NCBI GenBank assembly: GCA_964595665.1 | Contig: CAZQQS010000008.1 | Location: 1 to 27,738 of the forward strand | Length of the DNA stretch: 27,738 nt | From: an uncultured archaeon | GTDB lineage: Archaea; Iainarchaeota; Iainarchaeia; Iainarchaeales; 0-14-0-20-30-16 | Direction: 5' to 3' | Shown here: in pieces, positions 15,998 through 22,484 of the stretch | Layout: each line of letters starts with the position of its first letter | Position numbering within the stretch: the stretch's first letter is position 1 | Position numbers and translations under genes: made by a program | The notes under the pieces: model-generated | The model's input: the letters and a program-made list of their open reading frames with translations, nothing else | Told to the model about the DNA's origin: nothing | Databases searched by the model: none

Positions 15998-16246
15998 ATG
16001 GGATTTGTAGATTATAATTTGTATGCAATAATTAGGGATCAAATAAAAAATTCTGATGATTATTTGGATATGAAAAAATTAAATTTAAAATTAACAAAAT
16101 TTGATACTTCTTTAATACAACAAACTGTTGATTATTTAATTAAAAGTAATAAAGTAATACTTTCAAAAGATAAAAAATTAATTTGGGTATTTGCAGATAC
16201 ATCTAAATCAAAGAGATTATTAAAAGAGTGTGTTAGGGTTGCATGA
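15998..16246 (+). CDS. Hypothetical small protein, putative antitoxin (wHTH-like) of the downstream RelE/ParE-like gene
   Basis: 82 aa from ATG 15998, because the track GTG 15989 sits in AAGTGG, the Shine-Dalgarno. It overlaps the following toxin-like ORF. No confident family was recognised. Confidence 0.4.
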   Translation: MGFVDYNLYAIIRDQIKNSDDYLDMKKLNLKLTKFDTSLIQQTVDYLIKSNKVILSKDKKLIWVFADTSKSKRLLKECVRVA

Positions 16247-16583
16247 AATTCATTTATCTAAGGAATTTAATAAAGAATATGTAAAAATCCAAGCTTTGGC
16301 TGAAAAAGGAAAACAAGAAGAAAAATATTTATTAGGTTTGATTTCAAAGGCTATTTCTGTTTTATCACAAGATAAAGAAGCTGGTAAGAAAATTCCTAAG
16401 AAATTGTGGCCTAAAGAGTATATTATTAAATATGATATAACTAATTTATGGAAATATAATTTAGATACTTATTGGCGATTAATTTATACTATTTCTGGTA
16501 ATGAAATACAATTTTTTTTAATATGTTTAGATTTTGTGGATCATAAAGAATATAATAAAAAATTTAATTATTCTTCAAGATAG
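16230..16583 (+). CDS. RelE/ParE-superfamily toxin-like protein
   Basis: The C-terminal NLWKYNLDTYWRLIYTISGNEIQFFLICLDFVDHKEYNKKF follows the pattern ...L...wRliY.i.....i.i..i..HkeY. The start is uncertain (GTG 16230 or TTG 16239). Confidence 0.55.
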   Translation: MLGLHEIHLSKEFNKEYVKIQALAEKGKQEEKYLLGLISKAISVLSQDKEAGKKIPKKLWPKEYIIKYDITNLWKYNLDTYWRLIYTISGNEIQFFLICLDFVDHKEYNKKFNYSSR

Positions 16584-16584
16584 A

Positions 16585-16657
16585 AGCTCTGTGGTGTAGT
16601 GGTCTATCATTCAAGGTTCTGGTCCTTGAGACCTGAGTTCGAATCTCAGCGGAGCTA
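16585..16657 (+). tRNA. tRNA-Gln (anticodon CUG)
   Basis: The cloverleaf reads AGCTCTG-TG-GTGT-AGTGGTCTA-TCAT-T-CAAGG-TTCTGGT-CCTTG-AGAC-CTGAG-TTCGAAT-CTCAG-CGGAGCT-A. The A1-U72 pair and the GGTGTAGTGG..TATCAT D-arm are typical of archaeal tRNA-Gln. CCA is not encoded. Confidence 0.9.
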
Positions 16658-16725
16658 TCCTTTCTTTTTAGAAAAAAGAAAGCCTAAGTTTGCCAAAGAA
16701 AAACTAAGTGCTATTAAAATAGCAC
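16658..16725 (+). repeat. Three-hairpin intergenic module, copy C (directly 3' of tRNA-Gln)
   Basis: HP1 pairs 16660-16668 with 16674-16682 (ctttctttt/aaaagaaag). HP2 pairs 16684-16691 with 16701-16708 (ctaagttt/aaactaag, one mismatch) around the loop gccaaagaa. HP3 pairs 16708-16713 with 16720-16725 (gtgcta/tagcac). Confidence 0.5.
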
Positions 16726-16733
16726 AATATGTT

Positions 16734-16985
16734 TTAATATTTTTTTACTTCTTCTAAAATGAATTTTCCAAAATCAGTTAGCTCATATAATTTGAATCCT
16801 ACATAACTAGGGTTTAGACATTTAACCAAATCTTTTTTTATTAAATCTTTTAATGCTCGACTTATTGTGGGCAAATGCGTATTAATGTCTTTGGCTAATT
16901 GATTTGCATTTTTTGGTTTAATTAAATTCAAAATTATGGCCTTTCTTACCTTTCCTCTTAATACAAAAATCACTAATTCGTTCAT
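16734..16985 (-). CDS. Small winged-helix (ArsR/MarR-like) transcriptional regulator
   Basis: 83 aa. The HTH is NANQLAKDINTHLPTISRALKDLIKKDLV and the wing is YVGFKLYELTDFG. An inverted repeat aaatgct-N12-agcattt lies in its upstream region at about 17015-17040. Confidence 0.6.
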   Translation of the reverse strand: MNELVIFVLRGKVRKAIILNLIKPKNANQLAKDINTHLPTISRALKDLIKKDLVKCLNPSYVGFKLYELTDFGKFILEEVKKY

Positions 16986-17195
16986 TTAATATTGGAATAG
17001 CAATATATTTATAAATGCTTTGCAATAGGTTAGCATTTAGTTATCAAATTTAAGAATTATGCCGTAAAATAGAGTATAAGTAGTAAGTGAAGTTCACTAT
17101 GAAAATTAAATAATGAATAGAGGAATTATAGGGGGTGGGTGCTCAAAATCGAAAAGTTTTTATATTCTAATACATTTTGTATATCAGGTGATTAA

Positions 17196-17657
17196 ATGGT
17201 TGCTAAGAAAAAGAAAGTTACAAAAGTAGCTGTTAAAAAAGAAGCAATAAAAAAAGAAGTTGTTAAAAAAAGTGTTAAGTCTAAAAAACAAGTAAAACCT
17301 GTAAAGGTTACTCCTATTGTTAAAAAACCAATTGAGCATGTTGAACATAAAGCTCCTATTGAACACAAAGAACATAAAGAGCAAAAAGAAGTAAAGAAAT
17401 CAAATGCTATAGGTTTGGTTGGATTCATATTGTCTATTGTAGGATTTGTTTCAATGATTATTCCTATATTAGGTCCATTAATATCTTTAGTTGCTGGAGT
17501 TCTATGTGGAATACAAATTAAAAAACATTCTAATGGTTTGGCTATTGCAGGATTAATTATAGCAGTTATAGGTTTCTTATTAGGAGTTTATATTACAATA
17601 ATTGCTTTTTTAGTTTTAGCAAGTTTGGGCTCAATGAATACCCCAATGGTTTATTAA
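17196..17657 (+). CDS. Membrane protein with a Lys/His-rich repetitive N-terminal tail and a DUF4190-like two-TM C-terminal region
   Basis: The N-terminus is KKKKVTKVAVKKEAIKKEVVKK...PIEHVEHKAPIEHKEHKEQKE. The C-terminus is GLVGFILSIVGFVSMIIPILGPLISLVAGVLCG...LAIAGLIIAVIGFLLGVYITIIAF. An AGGTGA Shine-Dalgarno precedes the ATG. Confidence 0.5.
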   Translation: MVAKKKKVTKVAVKKEAIKKEVVKKSVKSKKQVKPVKVTPIVKKPIEHVEHKAPIEHKEHKEQKEVKKSNAIGLVGFILSIVGFVSMIIPILGPLISLVAGVLCGIQIKKHSNGLAIAGLIIAVIGFLLGVYITIIAFLVLASLGSMNTPMVY

Positions 17658-17685
17658 TTAAACCATTCTTTTTTTTATTTTTTTT
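17645..17685 (+). terminator. Hairpin plus long T-tract terminator
   Basis: aatggttta (17645-17653), loop ttaat and taaaccatt (17659-17667) form the hairpin, followed by cttttttttttatttttttt. The hairpin spans the stop codon of 17196..17657. Confidence 0.55.
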
Positions 17686-17698
17686 AGGAGGTTTATCT

Positions 17699-18094
17699 TT
17701 GGAAGAATCTATTAAAAGAAATATATTCAGAAAATGTTTAGTTTGTGGAAAAAGAAAAAAAATTGTGCAATATAAAGATGGTTATTGTAAGGGTGCTAAA
17801 TATTTTGGAATTATAGAAGATTCTATTGCAAATACTGGGGAATATGTTAAAACAGGTACTTTTAAGTTTGGTAAATTGAAAATGAATGTTGTTAAATGGA
17901 CTGGTAAAATAAGAAAATTTGAATATTGGGAATGTGAAGATTGTTATAATGAGGGAATCTTTGAATTTACTTTAAAAAATAAAATAGAAAAGATATATGG
18001 TCCAAGATGTAAAGATTATAATAAAGATTGTATAGTGTGTCTGGCTTGGGCAATATATGATACAACAATAAAAGATGATAGATGTAAATTATAA
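17699..18094 (+). CDS. Cys-rich hypothetical protein (probable zinc-ribbon)
   Basis: It uses a TTG start 7 nt after an AGGAGG Shine-Dalgarno (17686-17691). Cys pairs are CLVCG ... CEDC ... CKDYNKDCIVC. Confidence 0.4.
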   Translation: MEESIKRNIFRKCLVCGKRKKIVQYKDGYCKGAKYFGIIEDSIANTGEYVKTGTFKFGKLKMNVVKWTGKIRKFEYWECEDCYNEGIFEFTLKNKIEKIYGPRCKDYNKDCIVCLAWAIYDTTIKDDRCKL

Positions 18095-18101
18095 TGTTTT
18101 T

Positions 18102-18638
18102 TTATTTATCTAAATAAATATCTAAATACATAGGCAAAGTACCTTTGTATCTTTCTTTTAATGTTTTGAATCCAAATTTTTTATAAAAATGTACTGAATC
18201 TTTTAAATGATCTTGATTCCTTTTTGCATCTAGAATTAAAAATCTACAACCAACATAATTTTGACTTATTTTGAAGGTTAAATGTACAGAATATTTTAAA
18301 ATGGCTTTTCCAACACCTTGTTTTTGAAAATTATTATCTACTGCCAATCTACCAATTTTTATTGCTGGCAAAGTTTTGTAGAGAATATCTTTATTTTTGA
18401 AAAATTCTCTTAGTTCTCCTTCTAATCTTAAAGTATCGGTTAATAAAGTAACATATCCTACAAGATTATTTTCTTTGAAAAATAAGTATGTTTTAGATAT
18501 CCCTTGTTTTTGGTTTTCTAAAGAATCTTCTTTTAGAAAATTAGTTAATTCTTGTTCATAACAATTAAAATTAGAAATAGAATTCAAATGTTTTTCAGAT
18601 ATTACTTCTATTTTAAGTTCTTGCAGAATGTCTTGCAT
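18102..18638 (-). CDS. GNAT-family acetyltransferase of the TA-toxin type (TacT/AtaT/KacT-like)
   Basis: The acetyl-CoA motif is RLAVDNNFQKQGVGKAIL. The N-terminal FNCYEQELTNFLKEDSLENQKQGISKTYLFF..NLVGYVTLL matches the FxCGxxxLxxFL... pattern of GNAT toxins. The start is set at ATG 18638, with an AAGTGA Shine-Dalgarno, and the track GTG 18647 lies inside it. Confidence 0.6.
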   Translation of the reverse strand: MQDILQELKIEVISEKHLNSISNFNCYEQELTNFLKEDSLENQKQGISKTYLFFKENNLVGYVTLLTDTLRLEGELREFFKNKDILYKTLPAIKIGRLAVDNNFQKQGVGKAILKYSVHLTFKISQNYVGCRFLILDAKRNQDHLKDSVHFYKKFGFKTLKERYKGTLPMYLDIYLDK

Positions 18639-18804
18639 TAGCTTCACTTAATAATTTGTCTAAGATTGCTTTATCTTTTTCAACAGATCTTATAAATGCT
18701 ACTCTTTCTTTAGATGGGTGTTTAATTTCTTCTAACCATTCTTTTACAAACTTTCTAGCATCTTCGCCTCGTAATACAGGTGTTGCTCTAATTGGTTTAG
18801 CCAT
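18613..18804 (-). CDS. Small putative antitoxin partner of the GNAT gene
   Basis: 63 aa, MAKPIRATPVLRGEDARKFVKEWLEEIKHPSKERVAFI. It lies immediately upstream of the GNAT gene and overlaps it by 26 nt. An AGTGA Shine-Dalgarno is present. Confidence 0.45.
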   Translation of the reverse strand: MAKPIRATPVLRGEDARKFVKEWLEEIKHPSKERVAFIRSVEKDKAILDKLLSEANARHSART

Positions 18805-18911
18805 AATAAATCACTAAATATAAATATTATAAAAATTAATATATATGCTATGTTTATGCATATTTAAATCTTTTGATTTAAAAAGTTGTGGCTTTAAGAC
18901 AGAAAGTATTA

Positions 18912-18983
18912 AGCCACTTGAGGGATTTGAACCCCCGGCCAGCTGCTTACAAGGCAGCTGCTCTACCGCTGAGCTAAAGTGGC
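18912..18983 (-). tRNA. tRNA-Thr (anticodon UGU)
   Basis: The reverse complement folds as GCCACTT-TA-GCTC-AGCGGTA-GAGC-A-GCTGC-CTTGTAA-GCAGC-TGGCC-GGGGG-TTCAAAT-CCCTC-AAGTGGC-T. CCA is not encoded. Confidence 0.9.
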
Positions 18984-18985
18984 AC

Positions 18986-19066
18986 TATATCCCTTTCTTT
19001 TCCAAAAGAAAGGTCTGAAGTTCACCCCAAAGAAAAGGTGCTTCGCTTCTTATTAAATAAAATAAG
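18986..19066 (+). repeat. Three-hairpin intergenic module, copy B
   Basis: It starts with tatatcccttt. HP1 pairs 18992-18999 with 19006-19013 (cctttctt/aagaaagg). HP2 pairs gaag-tt-cacc (19017-19026) with ggtgcttc (19037-19044) around the loop ccaaagaaaa. HP3 pairs cttatt (19049-19054) with aataag (19061-19066). Confidence 0.55.
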
Positions 19067-19087
19067 TATATTATATAATTTATAGGA

Positions 19088-19099
19088 AATATATATAAA
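19088..19099 (+). promoter_or_regulatory. TATA-box-like element (aatatatataaa) upstream of 19143
   Basis: The gaaatatatataa core is shared with 12876 and 8723. An AGGTGA Shine-Dalgarno lies at 19133-19138. Confidence 0.4.
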
Positions 19100-19142
19100 G
19101 GTTATCTTACTGTTTTATATTATAATTATATTAGGTGATATT

Positions 19143-19511
19143 ATGGGTGCAGTTAAAGTTTATAAACCAATAAAAGGTAGAAATGGTGCTATAATTAGAA
19201 GTGCTAGAAAACCATCAGTTAAAAAATTATATGCTGAAGTGCATGAAAATAATACTGTTAAGAGAACTGTTTTTGATATTATTAATTCCCAAAGAGATCT
19301 TACTAGAACTGAAGTACATGCTTTTATGGAAGGTGTAAGAAGTGTTGGAATATCTGATGTAAAATTAGAAACTATATTAGAAGATTTAGAAGTGCATATT
19401 ATAACTTCAAATACAATTCCTATAACTCAAAAAACTAAGTTATTAGCTAAATTAGAAAGATTAACAGAGAATGTAGAACAATTAGCTTTAGAGAGATCGA
19501 GATCAAGGTAA
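19143..19511 (+). CDS. Hypothetical protein (122 aa)
   Basis: It has a good Shine-Dalgarno (AGGTGAtatt-ATG). No family was recognised. Its 3' end overlaps the top6A 3' end convergently by 9 nt. Confidence 0.4.
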   Translation: MGAVKVYKPIKGRNGAIIRSARKPSVKKLYAEVHENNTVKRTVFDIINSQRDLTRTEVHAFMEGVRSVGISDVKLETILEDLEVHIITSNTIPITQKTKLLAKLERLTENVEQLALERSRSR

Positions 19512-20591
19512 GAAATCTTTATTTTTAAGTTTTTCAGGTAAATATTCTTCAGTTATGTGTCTTATTCCTAATCGAGATAAAGCTTCCAATTCTAATTTAT
19601 AATTCATTTTTTTCATTAAATCTAATTCTTTTTGCCAAGCTTTATTTTGGAACCATGGGTAATTCTTCATTTCTTTAATTCTTTTCAAATCTTCATCATT
19701 TAATTTAATTGTTACGTTGTTAGGAATCTTAAATTTTTCAACATCAGAAATACTTAAACCAATAAATTTTGTTTCTGGGGTAGCTAATTTCTCCTCAGAA
19801 TAACTTAAAGAGATAGAACCTCTTTTGATTACAGAATAAATATAAAAACCCCAAGGGTCTGCATCCATTAATGCATATACTGGCAATTTGAATTCATTAT
19901 TGAATCTTTGAACTAATCTTCTTTCTGCTCTTGCTGGTTGTCCTTTACCAGTTATAATAATACATTTATGTTTTTTCCAAAATTTATCTTCATTAAATCT
20001 TTTCCAAACTGCATCTTTTTCAATAAATAAAACAAATTCAGCATCTAAATCTTTTATTTCTATTTTTTCGGGTTCAACATTTGAAGGAACACCCCATCCT
20101 CCGGAACCCATTCTACTTAAATCAATAGTATCTTTACCATCTTTAACTTTTAAATCTCCGGCAATAATTCCTTTAGTTGAAGCAGTTAAATTTAATTCTT
20201 CTCTTAATAATCCTAAAGTAGCTTCAATATCTTCAATTAATGGATCGGATTCTTTTTGTTCTTCAAATAAGTTTTCTTTTGAGTTTTTTAAAGTGTGTTT
20301 TAATGCATAATATAAATCTCTTATTGAAATTGTTGCATCTTCTTTAATTATTTTTTTTAATTCTGCAGCAATAGCAACAGTTTGAGTGAATTTTCTTGTG
20401 TGAGCAATATTCAAATATTGTCTTTTAGATGTTTTATCTCCCATTTTAATAGTTTTAGAATTCTCATCAAAAAAAGTATTCGATAAAGATCTTACAGGTA
20501 ATTCTATACTTGGGCTAACATTTTCTTTTATTTGCTCCCAAACATCTTGACCTAATTTTTCTAATTCTTTAATACTTTTTTCATTTTTCAT
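19503..20591 (-). CDS. top6A: DNA topoisomerase VI subunit A (Spo11-like)
   Basis: The catalytic Tyr region is ISIRDLYYALKH. The Toprim Glu lies in FVLFIEKDAVW and the DxD motif in YALMDADPWGFYIY. The protein is 362 aa. Confidence 0.92.
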   Translation of the reverse strand: MKNEKSIKELEKLGQDVWEQIKENVSPSIELPVRSLSNTFFDENSKTIKMGDKTSKRQYLNIAHTRKFTQTVAIAAELKKIIKEDATISIRDLYYALKHTLKNSKENLFEEQKESDPLIEDIEATLGLLREELNLTASTKGIIAGDLKVKDGKDTIDLSRMGSGGWGVPSNVEPEKIEIKDLDAEFVLFIEKDAVWKRFNEDKFWKKHKCIIITGKGQPARAERRLVQRFNNEFKLPVYALMDADPWGFYIYSVIKRGSISLSYSEEKLATPETKFIGLSISDVEKFKIPNNVTIKLNDEDLKRIKEMKNYPWFQNKAWQKELDLMKKMNYKLELEALSRLGIRHITEEYLPEKLKNKDFLP

Positions 20592-20596
20592 TTATA

Positions 20597-22279
20597 TCAC
20601 TCAAAAAATTCATCTAATTTTTTATTTTTGGTTTTCTTTTTAGAAAAATCATCTTCCTCTTCTATATTTTCTTCATCATCATTTTCAAAAGTTTTTTTAC
20701 TTATCTTTTCAATATCTTCTTTTTCTTTTTCCAATTTTTCATTTAATTTATTTAATTCTAATTTTTCATCAATTAGTTTTTCTAATTTTTCAACAACTTC
20801 TTTTTTATCTAAACCCAACATTTGATGTAAAAAGAAAGCTATTTCTAAATTATATTTTGCAAACATTCTTTTTGTTTCTAAACCAATATTTACTTTGTGC
20901 TTTCTGGAAATGTGTGTTGAAATAGCACGAGCAACAGTCATTATTGCTAATTTAATTTCATCAATAATTTCTTGCTCATCAGCAACAGCTTGTTTTCCTA
21001 CATTAGTATAAGGAATATGAACAGAACTTAAATTAATTAATATTGTTATGGGACTATTATCAAAATCTTTTATATTATATCTTTTCCATTCCATAGCATT
21101 TATTGCAGAAGTGATTGCACATGCTCCTTGATCAAATAATAATGGAGTTCGATTAGAGAATCTCATAGTTTCTGATTTTAAAGAACAGTCTTTTAATTTT
21201 CTACCACAGTTTCCTCCATAAGCAATTGCACAATCAATTTGGAATGGAAATCCACCTTTATAAGTAGTTGGTTTTCGTGTAATAACATGTAAACTTTCGG
21301 GTTTTAATATGCTTGTAATTGAAGCTTTTAATTGTTCTTCGCCAATAGGTATTATTGCATCTGTTCTAGGAGCTATTGTTTTTATTTTTTGTATTGCCTT
21401 AACAATTTTTTCAGAAATATTAAAATCAATATTTCTTTTAGTAACCTTTTTCAAATCTAAATCTTTCAAATTATTTTGTAATTCTTTAATAAATTTATCG
21501 CCAGTTCTATCAAAATTCTCTTTTATATGTGCTATAACAGAATTGTTATTAGATGCTCGAAAACTATTCAAAAATAAATCAGTATTAACACTTTTAATAT
21601 GTGGTTTAACTTCTATAGGAATCTTAGGTAAAGTAGTAACAGATCTTTCAAAAATATGTATTTTTTCAAACGGGTCTAAATATTTTATAGTTACATGAGG
21701 ATTTGCTAATGCTGTTCTTTTTAAATATTCAAAAGCATTTTGATTACTATCTTGATAATCTATTTCTTTAAATTCTGCTGATATAGCTAATCCTTTAAAA
21801 TCTTTTTCAATATATTTTAAGTTTTTTAACTCGGGTTCGTTTTTTGCAACATTTATTCCTAATTCAGCATAAAATACTTTTCCTTTATTTCCAGAAATAA
21901 CTTTTACAATTTTTCCTGTAGTCATTTGACTAAATAATATACATCCAGAAGCCCCAATTCCTTGTTGGCCTCTCATTTGAATTTGTCTATGAAATTTTGT
22001 TCCAGCTAATAACTTTCCTAATGCTTTTCCAATATTTTGTTCTGATAACCCTGGACCATTATCAATAACGTGAACTTCAAAATGTTCTTCACCTAATTTA
22101 ACTATTTTAACCTCAATCTCTGGTAAAATATTATTTTCTTCACAGGCATCAATAGAATTAGCAACAAACTCATGTACTATAGTTGTTAAAGATCGTAATT
22201 TTCCATACAAACCTAACATGTGCCTATTTTTTTTAAAGAATTCTGCAACTGAATGCTCCTTTAAGTTTGACTTTTCCAT
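20597..22279 (-). CDS. top6B: DNA topoisomerase VI subunit B (GHKL ATPase)
   Basis: The N-box is HEFVANSIDA, G1 is VIDNGPGL and G2 is RGQQGIGASG. A transducer domain follows, and then a highly charged Lys/Glu/Asp C-terminal tail. Confidence 0.92.
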   Translation of the reverse strand: MEKSNLKEHSVAEFFKKNRHMLGLYGKLRSLTTIVHEFVANSIDACEENNILPEIEVKIVKLGEEHFEVHVIDNGPGLSEQNIGKALGKLLAGTKFHRQIQMRGQQGIGASGCILFSQMTTGKIVKVISGNKGKVFYAELGINVAKNEPELKNLKYIEKDFKGLAISAEFKEIDYQDSNQNAFEYLKRTALANPHVTIKYLDPFEKIHIFERSVTTLPKIPIEVKPHIKSVNTDLFLNSFRASNNNSVIAHIKENFDRTGDKFIKELQNNLKDLDLKKVTKRNIDFNISEKIVKAIQKIKTIAPRTDAIIPIGEEQLKASITSILKPESLHVITRKPTTYKGGFPFQIDCAIAYGGNCGRKLKDCSLKSETMRFSNRTPLLFDQGACAITSAINAMEWKRYNIKDFDNSPITILINLSSVHIPYTNVGKQAVADEQEIIDEIKLAIMTVARAISTHISRKHKVNIGLETKRMFAKYNLEIAFFLHQMLGLDKKEVVEKLEKLIDEKLELNKLNEKLEKEKEDIEKISKKTFENDDEENIEEEDDFSKKKTKNKKLDEFFE

Positions 22280-22460
22280 ATTAATACCTTTATAAATAAA
22301 ATGTGGAAAGGGTTTATAAACCTTTAAGGATTTATTTTCTGAGTGAGAATATGGGTTTAGGGAATTAATAACAAAATATATACAAAAGAATATTACTAAG
22401 ATTGTTAATTATTTATTTCTAAAGGTAAAATTAAATGATTTAATTTCTTAAAACTTAAGA

Positions 22461-22484
22461 ATATTTTGGATCAATCCAAAATAT
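22461..22484 (-). terminator. Perfect 10-bp hairpin spanning the stop codon of the KH-domain gene
   Basis: atattttgga (22461-22470), loop tcaa and tccaaaatat (22475-22484). Confidence 0.4.

Noticed and set aside
17184-17428. Track ORFs 17184..17384(-) and 17192..17428(-)
   Set aside because: They are artefacts of the Lys-codon (AAA/AAG) repeat region of gene 17196..17657 read on the opposite strand as Phe/Leu runs.
16585-18983. Duplicated tRNA 3'-end fragments (att sites) that would delimit an integrated element between tRNA-Gln and tRNA-Thr
   Set aside because: By eye, no second copy of either tRNA's T-arm or acceptor sequence was found in the window. A proper alignment search is still advisable.
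12777-19066. Interpreting the three-hairpin modules as integron attC sites bracketing gene cassettes
   Set aside because: No integron integrase or attI is in the window. The modules are three short hairpins rather than one long imperfect attC bulged hairpin with R'/R'' (GTTRRRY) boxes. Essential genes (disA, rnpB, tRNAs) lie between them. It is kept only as a remote possibility, to be tested by looking for IntI elsewhere in the genome.
20628-21698. Track ORFs 20628..20825(+) and 21309..21698(+)
   Set aside because: They are antisense to top6B. The first is the complement of the charged C-terminal tail (Ser/Phe repeats).
22290-22330. The CCTTT...AAAGG...CCTTTAAGG cluster upstream of top6B as a further full copy of the module
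   Set aside because: Only the CCTTT/AAAGG arm chemistry is shared. There is no TATCC leader, no CCAAAGAA loop and no HP3. It also overlaps palindromic tttataaa TATA elements, which probably just serve the top6B promoter.
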